Source: Chiloscyllium plagiosum | Taxonomy: Eukaryota | Assembly: GCF_004010195.1 (NCBI RefSeq) | Contig: NW_025215227.1 | Coordinates: 1 to 64,000, forward strand | Length of the DNA stretch: 64,000 nucleotides | Reading direction: 5' to 3' | Position numbers and translations under genes: made by a program | Notes under the pieces: model-generated | The model's input: the letters and a program-made list of their open reading frames with translations, nothing else | Told to the model about the DNA's origin: nothing | Database searches by the model: none | Shown: piece by piece, positions 42,110-55,040 of the stretch | Position numbering within the stretch: position 1 is the stretch's first letter | Layout of the letters: each line of letters opens with the position of its first letter

Positions 42110-43020
42110 GTATGTAGGAATAAAATAAAAGGAGCGAGTGCAGGCCATTTGGCCCCTCAAAATCCACATTAAATAAGATCATGGCTGATCGCTCTACATT
42201 CCCACTTAGCAGTATAAACTTTCACCACCTTATGTATCAAGATTCGATCCACCTCTGCTTTAAAAACTATTCAAAGACTCAATTTTGACCACTTTTAAGG
42301 CATAATTCCAAAGACTCATAGCACTCTAAGAAAAACATTCTCCTCATTTGTTCTTAGTGGGTAAGCGTTATTTTAAACTGGAACCTTCACTTCTAGATTA
42401 TGTAGGTTAGACCATCAGATGTAGGAGCAGAAGTAGGTCATTTGGTCCATCATACAATGAGGTCATGGATTATCTGATGATCCTAAACTCCTCTTTTCCT
42501 ACCTTATAACCATAATCTTTAATTCCATTACTCATTAAAAATACCTCATCCTTCAAGTTACTTCATGAGCCTACCTCAACAGCCCTCAGTGATCAGGAAT
42601 TCTAGAGATTCACTACTCTCTGATCAGAAGAAATCCTAACCACATCCTAAATGGGAAACCTTTTGTTGTGAGATTATCTCCACAGATCTACCATATCAAA
42701 CTCCCTGCAAATCTTCAATCAAATCTCCACTCATTCTTTTAAATTCTGATGAAATAAAGCCCAACCTACCTCAAAAGTCAGTTCCTCTACACCCAGGATC
42801 AACCTAGTGAATTTTCTCTTAACTGCCTGAAAACCAGTATAATTTCCTTTACTAAGGGGACCAAAACTGTTCAAAATATTCCAGGTGTGGTCTGACAAGT
42901 CTCTTGTATAGTTTTGGGAAGACCTTCCTTTTTTTCTACTTCATTCCCTTTGAAATAAAGGCCAACAGTGCAATTATGTTCTTCATTATCTACTGAACTT
43001 GGATGCTAGCATTTGGTAAT
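42110..43020 (-). mobile_element. Old CR1 3' fragments (two stacked tails)
   Basis: ggagcgagtgcaggccatttggccc and gtaggagcagaagtaggtcatttgg tails; gaccaaaactgttcaaaatattccaggtgtggtct is the reverse of an RPHLEY-type motif. Confidence 0.7.
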
Positions 43021-43241
43021 CAGGTGACAGTCTCTATTTCACAATCTGAGGACTCTCCTTTCACACTTTTGGTGCATTGTTTACCTTAGATCACTCAACA
43101 AATTTAAAAAAGTGTGATATTAAAGAGTTAACTTACTCTGCTGACCTGCAAGAAACTGGATGTCCTGAGGGTAGGGTGGGATGCCTCTGACATACAGATA
43201 GATTGTAAGAAATTTACATTATCAGCTCCGATTATTCAGAG

Positions 43242-43447
43242 GAGAAAGTGAGGACTGCAGATGCTGGAGATCAGAGCTGAAAATGTGTTGCTGGAAAAGC
43301 GCAGCAGGTCAGGCAGCATCCAAGGAACAGGAGAATCGACGTTTCGGGCATAAGCCCTTCTTCAGGCTTATGCCCGAAACGTCGATTCTCCTGTTCCTTG
43401 GATGCTGCCTGGCCTGCTGTGCTTTTCCAGCAACACATTTTCAGCTC
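43242..43447. mobile_element. Young fold-back PLE derivative (family B) with hammerhead motif
   Basis: Near-perfect palindrome 43274-43447. 20-bp flanking repeat with 1 mismatch at 43222-43241 and 43441-43460. Minus strand reads CTGAAGA-A-GGGC-TTAT-GCCC-GAA-ACGT-C. Confidence 0.9.
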
Positions 43448-45129
43448 CTATTATTCAGAGCCATTTAAAAGGCCATTTCCTAGCCATTCAGAGCAATTTA
43501 CATTGTCATTTCCTACTATTTACATTTTCATCCCCTATTCAGAAATCAATAAGAACATTACAGTTGGAATTGGACTACTCCCCTATAGTTACAAAAAAAC
43601 GATTTGCAACAGATTTGACCATTAATGGATGATTTACATCAACCATATTGTTGCTGGAGATGGTCAGGTCACTGCATTGTGTCTTGAGTAGCATGTGACT
43701 GTGTGGGGTGAATGGGGGGAAATGGCTGGAGGTTTCTTGTGGGCATTACAAACCGTGATGTCAAGATTTTGCATAAAGGAAGGACTTTTTTTTTTGTTTT
43801 TTTTGGGGGGGGGGGAGGCGCTTTGACACAACTCCGCAGGCCCTGCGATGCATGCTAAAAGTTCCTCCAGAAAGTTTGTACTGTACTGCGCTAAATAAAT
43901 TTTGGTTGTTGCAGTTGCATCAAGACTGTAAGAACCTCAGGAAAAAAGTAATCTAACAAGATGATTTCCTTCACAGACTACCTGTTACTTCCAGCACTGC
44001 TCTCATTAGGACCACCCTGCCGCTTGACTATTTCAAGAAAAGTCCAAACTCCATGGCAGTTGCATTCCTCCAGATCCCATCCATTGCAGAACTGGATGGT
44101 CAATCATTAGCAAAGTTCTGTAATATTATTGATTTGAAAGCTGCACAAAAAAGAAACCATGCTGCCAAGTGTTTCATGCTTGAAAAACGTCAACATGAAA
44201 TGTGATTCTGTGATTATACAAAATTTGCCAAACAATCCCAATTGTGATAAAAATTACACTAACAATTTAAGATCATCAATCTGGTTCAGTGTGTTTCACT
44301 TACATGTGCTCAATGCCACATATATCCACATGAATGGCCTTGCTCTTGGCAAACAAAACAAAACCCATACATTGCACAATTTTCAACTGCACAGAAGCTT
44401 ATGGGATAGCCTTTTTCTTGCGCATTCCCTACAGTAATGCCTGGCCTAACATGAGCTAGTTTTTTTCCTGGTTGAATTTTCAACAAAAGTTTGGCAGTTA
44501 ACTGCCCTGCTGCATTTTTCAAAGTGACATCTCAACCAGAGTCCACTTTTCAACCAACGCTTCTTTTGACACAAAACAAATGATTGCTCCCTTTGAGATT
44601 CTATATTCTTGCAATTCAGTCCTGATAAATCAAAGGTGAAAAGTTTCAACAACATTTCTGTTCTTTTCAGCAATTTTCAAGTTTTATAGTACTAAATAAC
44701 TATTTGGTTAGCATGGGGAGTCTGGGATTACAGAACATTGTCTCAAAATTACAGCCAAATGGTGCTGGAGTGAAATTAGGAAACACTAAAGTTTAAAATT
44801 CTCTTCAAATCAAAAGCAATCAATGCTAAATTTAACATCAATTTTAAATGGAGATTGCTAGATTTTGTCAACTAAAGATATTAAACAATCTGGGCCAAAT
44901 ATAGAGTTAGGTTATATATTCATCATGATCTCACTAAATAAAGGAAGAAAGTCATGAATGAAATTACCTACTTCTGTTTCAACGTTCCAAACTCATTTCT
45001 ACTCTCCCACTATAAAGTAAATTCAAGAGCAGAAAACACTTTTATTTCTTCTCTGTTCATATCTTCTAGGCTGGAAATTTAATGTACACCTTTTAATAAA
45101 TCCTTTTTATTTTCATCTATCACCTAAAA

Positions 45130-45708
45130 CGTCATAGAGAAACAGACCCTTCAGTCCAACTTGTCCATGCCAACCAGATATCCCAAACCAATCTAGCCCC
45201 ACCTATCAGCACCTGGCACATATCTCTCCAAACCCTTCCTATTCATATACCCATCCAGATGCCTTTTAAATGGTGCAATTGTACTAGCCTCCACCAGTTC
45301 CTCTGGCAGCTAATTCCATACATGCACCACCCTCTAAGTGCCCCTTAGCTCTCTTTTATATTTTTCCCCTCTCACCCTAAACCTATGCCCTCTAGTTCTG
45401 GACTCCCCCACCCAAGGAAAAGACCTTGTTTATTTACCCTATCCATACCCCTCATGATTTTATAAACCTCTATAAGGTCACCCCTCAGCCTCTGACGCTC
45501 CAGGGAAAACAGCCCCAGCCTCTTCAACCTCTTCCTATAGTTCAAATCCCCAATACCAGCAACATCCTTGTAAATCTTTTCTGAACCCTTTCAAGCTTCA
45601 CAACATCTTTCCGACAGGAAGGAGATCAGAACTGCATGCAATATTCCAACAGTGGACCGTCCTATACAGCCGCAACATGACCTCCCAACTCCTGTACTCA
45701 ATACTGAC
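45130..45708 (-). mobile_element. CR1 LINE 3' fragment
   Basis: Close paralogue of 12296-13030. Confidence 0.9.
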
Positions 45709-48577
45709 CACGAATTGTGAACCACACAAAATATCAAATTCTTCAGCAAAATGAAGCCTCGTTTATACCATTGTTGCAAACTTTATTCAATAACTGCAAA
45801 AAAAACAAGAACATTCTGATTATCTTTTACATTCTGACTTGGAGTACACAAAGTGAAAATTGGACTAGAATTTACCAGAAATTTGATCATTTATTTGAAA
45901 TCATAGGAGCTGTTGATTGCTTGCTTGATGAAGAAACTTTTGATTCACTTATACCAAGTTAAAAGAAACAAAAAAAAATGGAAAAACAACATAAGATTAT
46001 CAGCTACACCAGCCTCTGACATCAGATACCTCAGCTGGAAACAAAAACAAAAACTTCATTTCAGCTAGTTTGCTACTACAACACAGAAATTCACAGCTAC
46101 AACTTGCCATTCAACTTACAGAATTTCTTAAAATAATTTAATTAGCTAATGTAACAACGTTGTTACAGAACATTTTCAAAATGTTACTGTACTGTTACTT
46201 TCATGTTCCACAAATATTTAATATATTCAAAGACTATCATCAATCTTCAGTAAGATGATGTCAGTATTCACATTTGACCAAGTAATCCTCACCGTATCTA
46301 TATTACATAATATATTTATGGGCGTTCAGGATTATTTCAAGTCAAACAATAAGAATCTCAGTCGTCATTATTGATAGGTCAACCTATCCTGAAAATGTAA
46401 TTCAGGTTGGCTGGTCAGCAGTTAGTGGGGCTTTCATTAGACTGCTTGCAGCTGCCACCTCAATCAGCTATTTGCACATTTCCACTCTTCTAATACATAA
46501 TTCCCAAATGTGTCTTACTTCACAAGAATATATGTGAAAAACAAAATTCTCCATGCTATGTTATTTGCTTTAATTTCCAAATTAAGGCAGTGCCGAGTGT
46601 AAGCCGTATGTCCACAATAAATAAAAACAGCAATTCACCAGTCAGACTGCTTGTGTATTTTCAAACAGCTAAGCACAAACTATTCACATTGACAGCAACT
46701 TAGAGAGGTTCACTAATCCACTAATTTAGGATGATCAACAACTTCCATATGTTATATCACCTTTACAAAGAAACATGACAAGGTTCTTCACAAGACATGA
46801 TTAATGCATGCCACCAAGAAAAGAAGAGTGCAAATTTGGCCAATGATGGATCATCAAACTTATAAAAGGTGAAGGTACTTTGGGAAACAGCTTTGAAACA
46901 ATGAAAGCTCGCTCATAATAATGGTGAAAATGAATACAGGACACACAAGAGGGAGGAAACCAAAAGGGACATAATATTTAAAGTTAAGTTGGGAATGAAG
47001 ATTAAATAGAAAACAATGGCCAATAAGTGAAAATGTCAGCAAATGCCCAGGAATGCGTCCATGACCACACAATCTTGTAAACGGAGATAATACAGTTTTA
47101 ACCACTTTCTATCCAGTCAATACTCATGTTGATAAGTATCCAGTATTACATTGCTGAGCAAGTTCTCATGAAATAATACAGTTTAAAAGATATACAAAGG
47201 TTAAATTCCATTGTGAAAAAATCTGAACTGAAGTCTTGATTTCTCCCAATTCCTCAAAACTACTTGACATAACCCAGCTCTAATGCTAATTTTTTTTCCA
47301 GAATTGAGCATAAGGCAAAATATTCTAAGACTGATTCCATACCCAACAAATATACATCAATACTAACTGAGTTTTTGCATAAATGAGAAAAAAACTCTGA
47401 TCCAAACATTTTAATACTGATCATTTTTTTCCCCCTACAAAGAATTATCATACCTTCACAACTTAAAAACATTGCAAATAACTTGTTGGTATACATTTTA
47501 TCAACAACAAAATTTCTATAGCGTATTCATCTGCTCAATATCTATCAATCCATATTGATTCAAAAAGCTTTTATTATTCCCAGTTAAAAGTGTCCCACAT
47601 TTTGACAAACCAGTACCATGTATGCTTTCTGTGCATTTAGCAAAATATAACCTATAAACGTTGTTCACCTACCTGGGTTTTAAGTGATGAATCAAGACTT
47701 TACGTGTGGCTTTGACATTACCACCTGCTTTAATCTTGAAAAGTCATTTAAATAATTTTAACATATTTAGAAAGTGATAGCAATTACAAATCACAAAATT
47801 AGAGCAATCCATAAGCATACTAGTTTTAAATTCAATTCAAATTGAGAAACTTTGGTAGCTTCATAAACTAACAACCAGAGATCAGGTTTTTCTTTTTAAT
47901 TCTGCATATCAATCATACTTGCTACGAACTTTAGGCTTCCACCTGGAATTTAGGAATGGAACTAAGAACTGCTCTGTGGAGTTTGTATGGGTCGCTTTGA
48001 GTTATGATCTAAAAATTTAAATTGTTAACAGAAATTCTTTCCAACAGTAAACTAACAAAATATATTATACATTGGACAACACTGCACTGCTTTGTTTCAT
48101 AATACAATAACAAAATATATCTTATACGTAAAGGAAGGCAATGTCAAGTGCTTTGCCAACTAGAGTCAGAACTTGAGCGTTATTTAAGAATGTTGAGTTT
48201 TATTTGTGCGTATACTGAACATAACTGTGCTCTTCCAATAAATTTCATGTACCATGCGAAAAAGTTTTCATTTGGCTCTCTACTAAATGAACTGCAATTG
48301 TAAGCACAATGAATCTTATCATAAGCATGTTAGTATGACACTTCTTTAAAGGACACAATGTTCTACAAAAGCATAAAGATTTCGTGTACGTTACAGTCTG
48401 GCTTGGGAAATTATTACAGAACTTGCACCTGTATCATTTAAAAATTTTCAAAGCACGGTGGAGAAACGCATGCCAGTTTCGAAGCGGTTTACAAACATTA
48501 CGCATGTTTTTTTTTAAATCACATTCTGATATATTAAGGAATTTCAAAAATAACATGTGAAGTTAAACAAATCGTAC

Positions 48578-49456
48578 CTGCTCTCTCGATATGCAAGGCA
48601 ATGATGTCCTCCTGGGCATCTTGCACCCACCATAATAGTTGGTTGATGTTTCTCCCAACGAAACACAACTCGATCTCCTTCGCGGTTTGATCACTGGGAT
48701 TTTTTCTTCAGTGGTTATCCTGCGACGAGCTTCTTTCGGAAATAGGTAATCAAAATATACAGCAATGGTAGCCCCCACCATCCCGACCCCACAGGCCAAG
48801 AGGGGTCTTAGAGCTGTTGGGAGGGCGATCAAACTGGTGATGGAAGCCAACCTAAGAACGCCGGCGAACAGTAAGATCAGGACGCTTTGTTTCACTTTCA
48901 AAGTGGAGAGCAATGTCAGCAAGCCCACACAACCCAGCACCACGGCCGGAGCCAGCAACCTGCAAAGATACAGCTGGTCCTCACCAAGCAAAACTTGCAC
49001 CACCAAGAAATCTCCGAGGTAGCAACATGGAGGCAGTGACAGAAGCCAAGCCGTGCTGCTTTCTCGTTTGCTCTTCCTCAGATAAAATGTCAACCAAAAG
49101 AAGGCACAGCAGATGCTAAAGAGAGGGCTAACAGACTGGAATGCGATCGCCCATGCCGTCTGGAAAGTCTGCAGCAAGGATGAAAGAAACTGCGCGTCCA
49201 GGCATCTCCTGGCCAGGATGGATAGCGCGACGATTGCAAAGGCACTGCAGCCGCCCCCGAGGTAAAAGGCTGCAAGTTTCGGACGCACCAAGCCAAGTCT
49301 CTCCAAGTTACACCACCTGCAGATGGAAAACCCGCCGTCCTGTTTCAAAGGGGTGACGCAGCTCTTCACATAACCGTTGCGACTGTTCTCCTCCTGGCAC
49401 TTGGCGTTGCTGGTGTTGTTGTGCGCCGCCGAATCCCCCTCCTCCCTCAACGCCAT
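48578..49456 (-). CDS. PDE3B: cGMP-inhibited phosphodiesterase 3B, coding exon 1 (293 codons, N-terminal membrane/regulatory region)
   Basis: ATG at 49456 (MALREEG...), then RNGYVKSCVTPLKQD, hydrophobic segments and RRRSSCVSLGETSTNYYGGCKMPRRTSLPCISREQ, matching the PDE3B N-terminus. Ends at a phase-0 donor CAG|GTACGA (48578/48577). Adjacent to PSMA1, as in mammals. Confidence 0.95.
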
Positions 49457-50170
49457 GTTTAAGTTTTCTTCCCGTCCTCTTTCGTGTGTTATTCCGCACA
49501 CGCACTCGGCAATCTGTACCCGCTGCCGGGCTCTGCGCGCCGATATCACTCGCTCACTTCACTAGGGCGAGGGCAGAGATCGAGCATTTTGGCCGAAGAG
49601 TGATCGGACAGACAGAGGCCACATACTGCGCTCTCCCATAGGCACCAACACACGCACATAAACACATTGAAGCCGACCTGAGCTCGCGACCCCCTCCCCC
49701 ACCACTCCCTGGGCTCCGCGAAGCCTCTGTTGCTACAGCACCGCACGAGCTCTCGCGTGCGCGTCAGCAGCTCCCTCCCCTCCCTCTTGCTTCAAACGGC
49801 CGCCCCCACGGCCCAACACGCCCGGCCCAGGCGCGCGCGTCACTACCACCACCTTCCCGCTCCGACCCGCCTCGCGTTCAACCGTCTGTGGACAGGGCGA
49901 GCCGTGTGCGTAATCCCCCCCCCCGGCGTGCGCGAGCCTCGGCAGCGCCAGTTGTCTTCTCTCTCGGTCCGCAGGAGCCAAAGAGGCGACGGGCTTCCCA
50001 CTGATTGTATTGATTTGATTTTCTCTTTTGCAGTGTGAGTTGAGCGTGTGTTTGTCTCATCCCCGCGCCCTGTGACATGCTTCCCCCAGCTCCGTTAAAA
50101 ATTGCAGCCCTGCTCCGCCCGCTGCGATATTGACATCCGATATTTTCATCCTGAGCCTCGTCTTTGTCTG
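48680..50170. promoter_or_regulatory. CpG island over PDE3B exon 1 and promoter
   Basis: Sharp rise in GC and CpG versus the AT-rich flanks. GC-box-like motifs near 49798 and 49864; half-CRE CGTCA at 49762-49766 and 49838-49842. Confidence 0.8.
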
Positions 50171-50553
50171 ACATTTCAAGATGCTAACCTCCGACCGAAC
50201 TCCAGTTGGAAAGTTTCAGATGGAAAGAGTCCATGGCAATTCATTGTTTTGCTTCGAGGACATCAGTTTCAAAGAAAAACCGTTCCTTTTTTAAGAGCAC
50301 GGAACAACGGGCTGACTTCCATTGATATAGCGCCCTTCAAGCGGTCATATCATAACAGTGAATGGAGTATGTATGAAAGATAGTCACGGAATAGCAATCA
50401 ATTTTCCAAGTTAAAAATCGCACAACACCTGACTATAGTCCAACAGGTTTAAATTTTCTCTTTTGCAGTGTGAGTTGAGCGTGTGTTTGTCTCATCCCCG
50501 CGCCCTGTGACATGCTTCCCCCAGCTCCGTTAAAAATTGCAGCCCTGCTCCGC
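50018..50553. repeat. Perfect 101-bp direct repeat (50018-50118 and 50453-50553)
   Basis: Identical by direct comparison. The second copy is preceded by a 45-bp family A PLE fragment (50408-50452). Confidence 0.95.
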
Positions 50554-51612
50554 AGTCTCGCAAACAGCAATTTAGAAACACGAACTGGTCGCATTAGCAA
50601 GATAAGGAGCAGGACGGCAGTTTACTGGGAGGCCTGGCTTAAAGTGCCATCTCCTTTTGATATGTTTACGGTAGTAGCATCTCTACAACGTTTGATTAAA
50701 ACATTTTTTATGTAGGTACAGCTTTTCGGACAGGCGGACTTCCAGTCATAGTTTATCCCTGAAACAATGCTGAGCTTCCCCCGGCATTAGACACAAACGG
50801 CACCCTGCATTTTGTATTCAACTGATTAAGATTGTACAGAAGGGTACACACGTCAGGGGGTGCGGTTGATTCTTTTTTTAACCACACTTTTTTAATATCT
50901 TGTTTGCAATCAGAAAGTTGCAAAGGGAAACTGACTTTCAATGTGTTCACGCACAATGCACTGTGGCGAACATGTACATTGTGGTTTTGTAGAAAGTACC
51001 CGCTGCAGACGTTGTCGTTGAGAGTGAAATAAATTTTATCAAGTGCAATTTAGATATATTTCAAAGAATACATCAGATGTTATCTCATTAATCATAATTT
51101 TGAACTGGTGCCGCAATTTCTGTAAAACCTTTTAGGTAAATCCTGCACATGTACGTCATCAGCAATAAAAGTAGTGCAATAAGAAAGCAACGAAAAAAAA
51201 TCATTTTTTAAAAAAAGCTAAAGGACATTTTGTTGTTTACAAGCTTGAAAACTATGTTTCCAAGAAACTACTAATCATTTTCGTCAATTATTTCATCAGT
51301 GGGGTTTCTGATTCAGAGAAATATCGGTTTTTTAAATGGTCAAGTCACCTTTAATATACTTACTATAAGATGTCTGCAATCAAGTTGTTGTCTTAAAACA
51401 TTTTGTAATCTGTCCAAGAAAGTCCCACAGTAGCAGACACTAATATTGTCGTTTCCAATTAACATATATATTAATTTTACAGATATCATAATATTTTCCA
51501 ATCTTGGGCAATTTTAGATTACAGCAAGAGAATGAGTATGGGTCTGGAATCACAAGTCGCCACTCCAGAATAAGGAGGGTAGGTTTCTTCCTTTGTGAAC
51601 CTAGACATTTCA

Positions 51613-51771
51613 AAGTTAAAAATCACACAACAGCAGGTTATAATCCAACAGGTTTATTTGGACGCACTAGCTTTCGGACTACTGCTCCTTCATCAGGTGG
51701 TTTTGACAATAACCTACTGTTGTGTGATTTTTAACGTTGTACATCCCAGCCCAACACCAGCATCTCCAAAT
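51613..51771. mobile_element. Fold-back PLE derivative (family A) nested in an old SINE
   Basis: 12-bp TSD CTAGACATTTCA at 51601-51612 and 51772-51783. Minus-strand hammerhead motif at 51665-51699. Confidence 0.85.
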
Positions 51772-51906
51772 CTAGACATTTCAGATTTCTTGAATTGAAT
51801 TTACCATCTGCCATGGTGGGATTTAAACCTAGGTTCACAGAACATTACCTTAATCTCTAGATTCATGCTCCAGCGATAATACCACTAGGCCAATGATTCT
51901 CTCATC

Positions 51907-51997
51907 TCCTGCTGAAGGGCTCCGGCCCGAAACGTTGATTTTCCTGCTCCTTGGATGCTGCCTGACCTGCTATTCATTTCCAGCAACACACTCTAAA
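51907..51997 (+). mobile_element. 91-bp PLE terminal fragment (family B) beginning at the hammerhead motif
   Basis: 16-bp perfect TSD CAATGATTCTCTCATC at 51891-51906 and 51998-52013. Confidence 0.85.
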
Positions 51998-54900
51998 CAA
52001 TGATTCTCTCATCCCACCAAAGGTAATCAACTGATGGAATTCAAGGTAATAAGTGTACCGTCTACTACAGGACTGTGATTGACTTTCTCTTTCGCGTACA
52101 AATCGCACTAAAGCAGAGAACAGCGTTCAGTATCGTGAGAGGCTGAGGTCGGCCTAAATTAACAGGTGTTTCAAAGAGCTGCCATAAAATGAATGCTATG
52201 GGTTCGATTGTTGAGTTACAAATACCACTTGATTGCGCAGATCATATGGTAGGAGGAAACGCTGCACATGTCCAGCTTCCTCGAGCTATTAATTTGAGTT
52301 ACCAAATATTATCAATGTTGAAAAAAATTGCCATGAGCCTCGGAAGAATATAATATGTTCGGTACAGAATGATGATCACTGGAGAAAATCTACTCCAGTG
52401 GATGATAAGCAAATCTCCAAATTCAATAGGAACATTTTAATGTTTACGCGAAACACAACCGAATGGATCTCAGCAGAAAACGAAAGCAACATCTTCAGAA
52501 AAACGAACTTGAAACTTAGACAAGACTTTTTGGAATAAATTGAAATTAAAAGCAGTATGTCTGGAAGCATATTTTTATACAAAATTGATGGTGGAGGGCG
52601 AGAAGTTCTGTAATCAAACGTTACCAGGTTGAGGAACGCTCAATAAACGACTTTGGACTACTGTTTATACATAGCACAAGTTTATTGAACAATTTGGCGT
52701 TACCATAAGAGCTATCAAGTGCGCATCGACAAATTGATCCCAAAACGAAACCGACAAAAATTTGTACAATGTCTTTCCACTAAAGTATTTTGACCAGCAG
52801 ATTTGCTTGCACTGCATTTACCTTATGGAGACTTTTCCTCCACATGAAGCGGGTCTCCTAATTTTACTTCCTATGCGGCCTGATCTCGCTTTACCTCGAC
52901 TACGATAATGTATTTTACGAATTGCCAGTCCAAGGGATGGGATATCACTACTTATTTGTATTTTTCCGCATACTTGTTGTACTTAGCGTTTTGACTTTAA
53001 ACTTTTGACAAAACCTGAATATTTTGACCAAGGAAGGAGTGCCTTTTATCAGTTGCTGTATTGACTGATAATTTACAAATGGATCCCTGTAATGTTTCTC
53101 CTTATTACCAAAATAGTTACAAGGTAGTGCGAAAAAAAAGTGAAAGTGTCAGTTAATATTTGCTAACTTTGAAGACCAGAGCGGTTAAATGCTGTGCCGA
53201 TCTCTGCAGATTTTAACCCATTTTTACCGAAGACTTCAGTTGTCAATTTCATTTTTATAAGTTTCCAGTCCTTCTAAATTACCGCTAATGACCTCAAAAA
53301 GACTGTCACACCAAATTGCTCGAGGCCACCGCCTTTTCTGCTGACACCACTTTGTTTAACATTTCCGCGACCTTTCTGAGTTCTGAAGGAAGGTCACTGT
53401 CCTGGAATATTAAATGCTGCCTGATCTGATGAGTATTTTCTGCATTTTCTGTTTTTATTGCCTAAACATTTCCTGAATTCGCCATTTATTGTTATAAATC
53501 CTGCACTATTAATAATTTATGGTCCCAACATTCTGCTGGGTACGTCGCTAGTGTTGCCGGAGTGATGTCAAGAGACTGAGAACGTCCATTACGATGGGGG
53601 GAGGTATGGGTGACTGGTACTGAATTAGCATCGCGACAGCCCCTCAATTGGTTGCGATAGATTTATTTTGTGGAGCATCCACCATTTCGCTACCCTCATG
53701 GTAAACTGCCTAGAAATCCTCCATAGACTACAGAATTTTTGCGACGATGCAAAGCATTTAGCCTTCATGCAGGTTGCAAATATGCAAAAAGTATGTTGTA
53801 TATTTAAAGCTAAATCGGTAGGCTAAATATCAATATCACTATCAGAGAGTGAGGACTGCAGATGCTGGAGATTAGACTCGAAAGTGTGGTGATCCATAGC
53901 TCCTCCTCTGCCTTTGCTTGCTATTCTTCCCCTTCCCCTATCCACCAAGCCAAACTTCCCTCAAATTTCCCAATGCTGTAGCCTGAAACTCGTTTTTGAC
54001 CAGTTTCTCCCCAATATCCTGTCACGACCTATGAACATCTTATGAATAAGATCCACTTCCGACTTTTTGAACACTAAACTGTAAATCACCCAACTACTTT
54101 ACTCTGCTTGGGCTTCAGGCACGCTGTAGTTCCCTGTCTTCAGGTACTCCCATTCTCTCTTCCAAAACTGCTATATCTCACCCGTGTCCTTTCTGCACCC
54201 TCTTGATACCTTATAGTGTGGAACCAGCGAAATAGCACACAATGTGGGATTCACGTTTGCAGTTACTGAAATGTCAGTCTATCCTACTGAGTAACGAATC
54301 TTTTGTGGGCACCGTTTTTTGACAATTCGCTAAGTTCCCGCGCAGTCATTTGCTTAGTTGTGCTTTCGGCTGCCCTACTCTGAGGCGTCCTCAGCTTTAC
54401 CATATTCTCAGAGGACTCTTACATGAACCGCGGCTTCTTCCCTGTACAATTTCCACCCCCTTACGATACTTCTGAATTCGTCCAGGCTGGATCTTACACT
54501 CAAGAGAAAGCATAGAGTGGGCTAAACCAGTAAGACACCAACTGCCAGCGAGGATACATGAAATTTCCACACAACGCAGCAGTTTGAGGCAAAGGGGTAC
54601 TCAACTATCGCATTATTTTAATTAAAAGTTCAGTATCCGAAACTATTATCAATTATTTACGTATATATTAAATATTAAACTCGATATTAAATGCGTTTCG
54701 TATCCTTTGAATGCTGGTATCACCAAGTTAGTTTGATTTTACACCTTTAAAGCTAAATAATTGTTCCGTTTTTTTTTTGCTTACATTTATTGATTTACTC
54801 TTGCCCTTTCGTTTAAAATATTCGTTAACTTCTTTCCCCACTGCATCGAATTCCCTTTGGCTCATTGGCAGGAAGCCATCAGGAGCAGAAAGTTGCCAGA

Positions 54901-55040
54901 GGCAGTTCTCAAAAGGTTAAATCTGCTGCGCTCGATGATTCGATGGTTTGTTTTCATGCCTGGAAGGTACCCAGAGGTGATTCATCAAACCAAGGTACTA
55001 TCGATCACTAGCTGGACGGAAACGGCGCGGTCGCAGCAAA

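Noticed and set aside
45755..45810. QQWYK after an acceptor-like tract, reminiscent of PDE3B exon 2
   Set aside because: Out of phase with the phase-0 donor, has an in-frame stop upstream, and no convincing donor.
48563..48577. ORF tail VRFV-stop
   Set aside because: Read-through into the intron past the GT donor.
49457..49549. 31-codon N-terminal extension of PDE3B in the ORF track
   Set aside because: It starts at GTG just after an in-frame stop. PDE3B similarity begins at the ATG at 49456, which has a good context (AACATGG).
52609..53077. Possible solo LTR (TGTA...TACA)
   Set aside because: No target-site duplication or other support.
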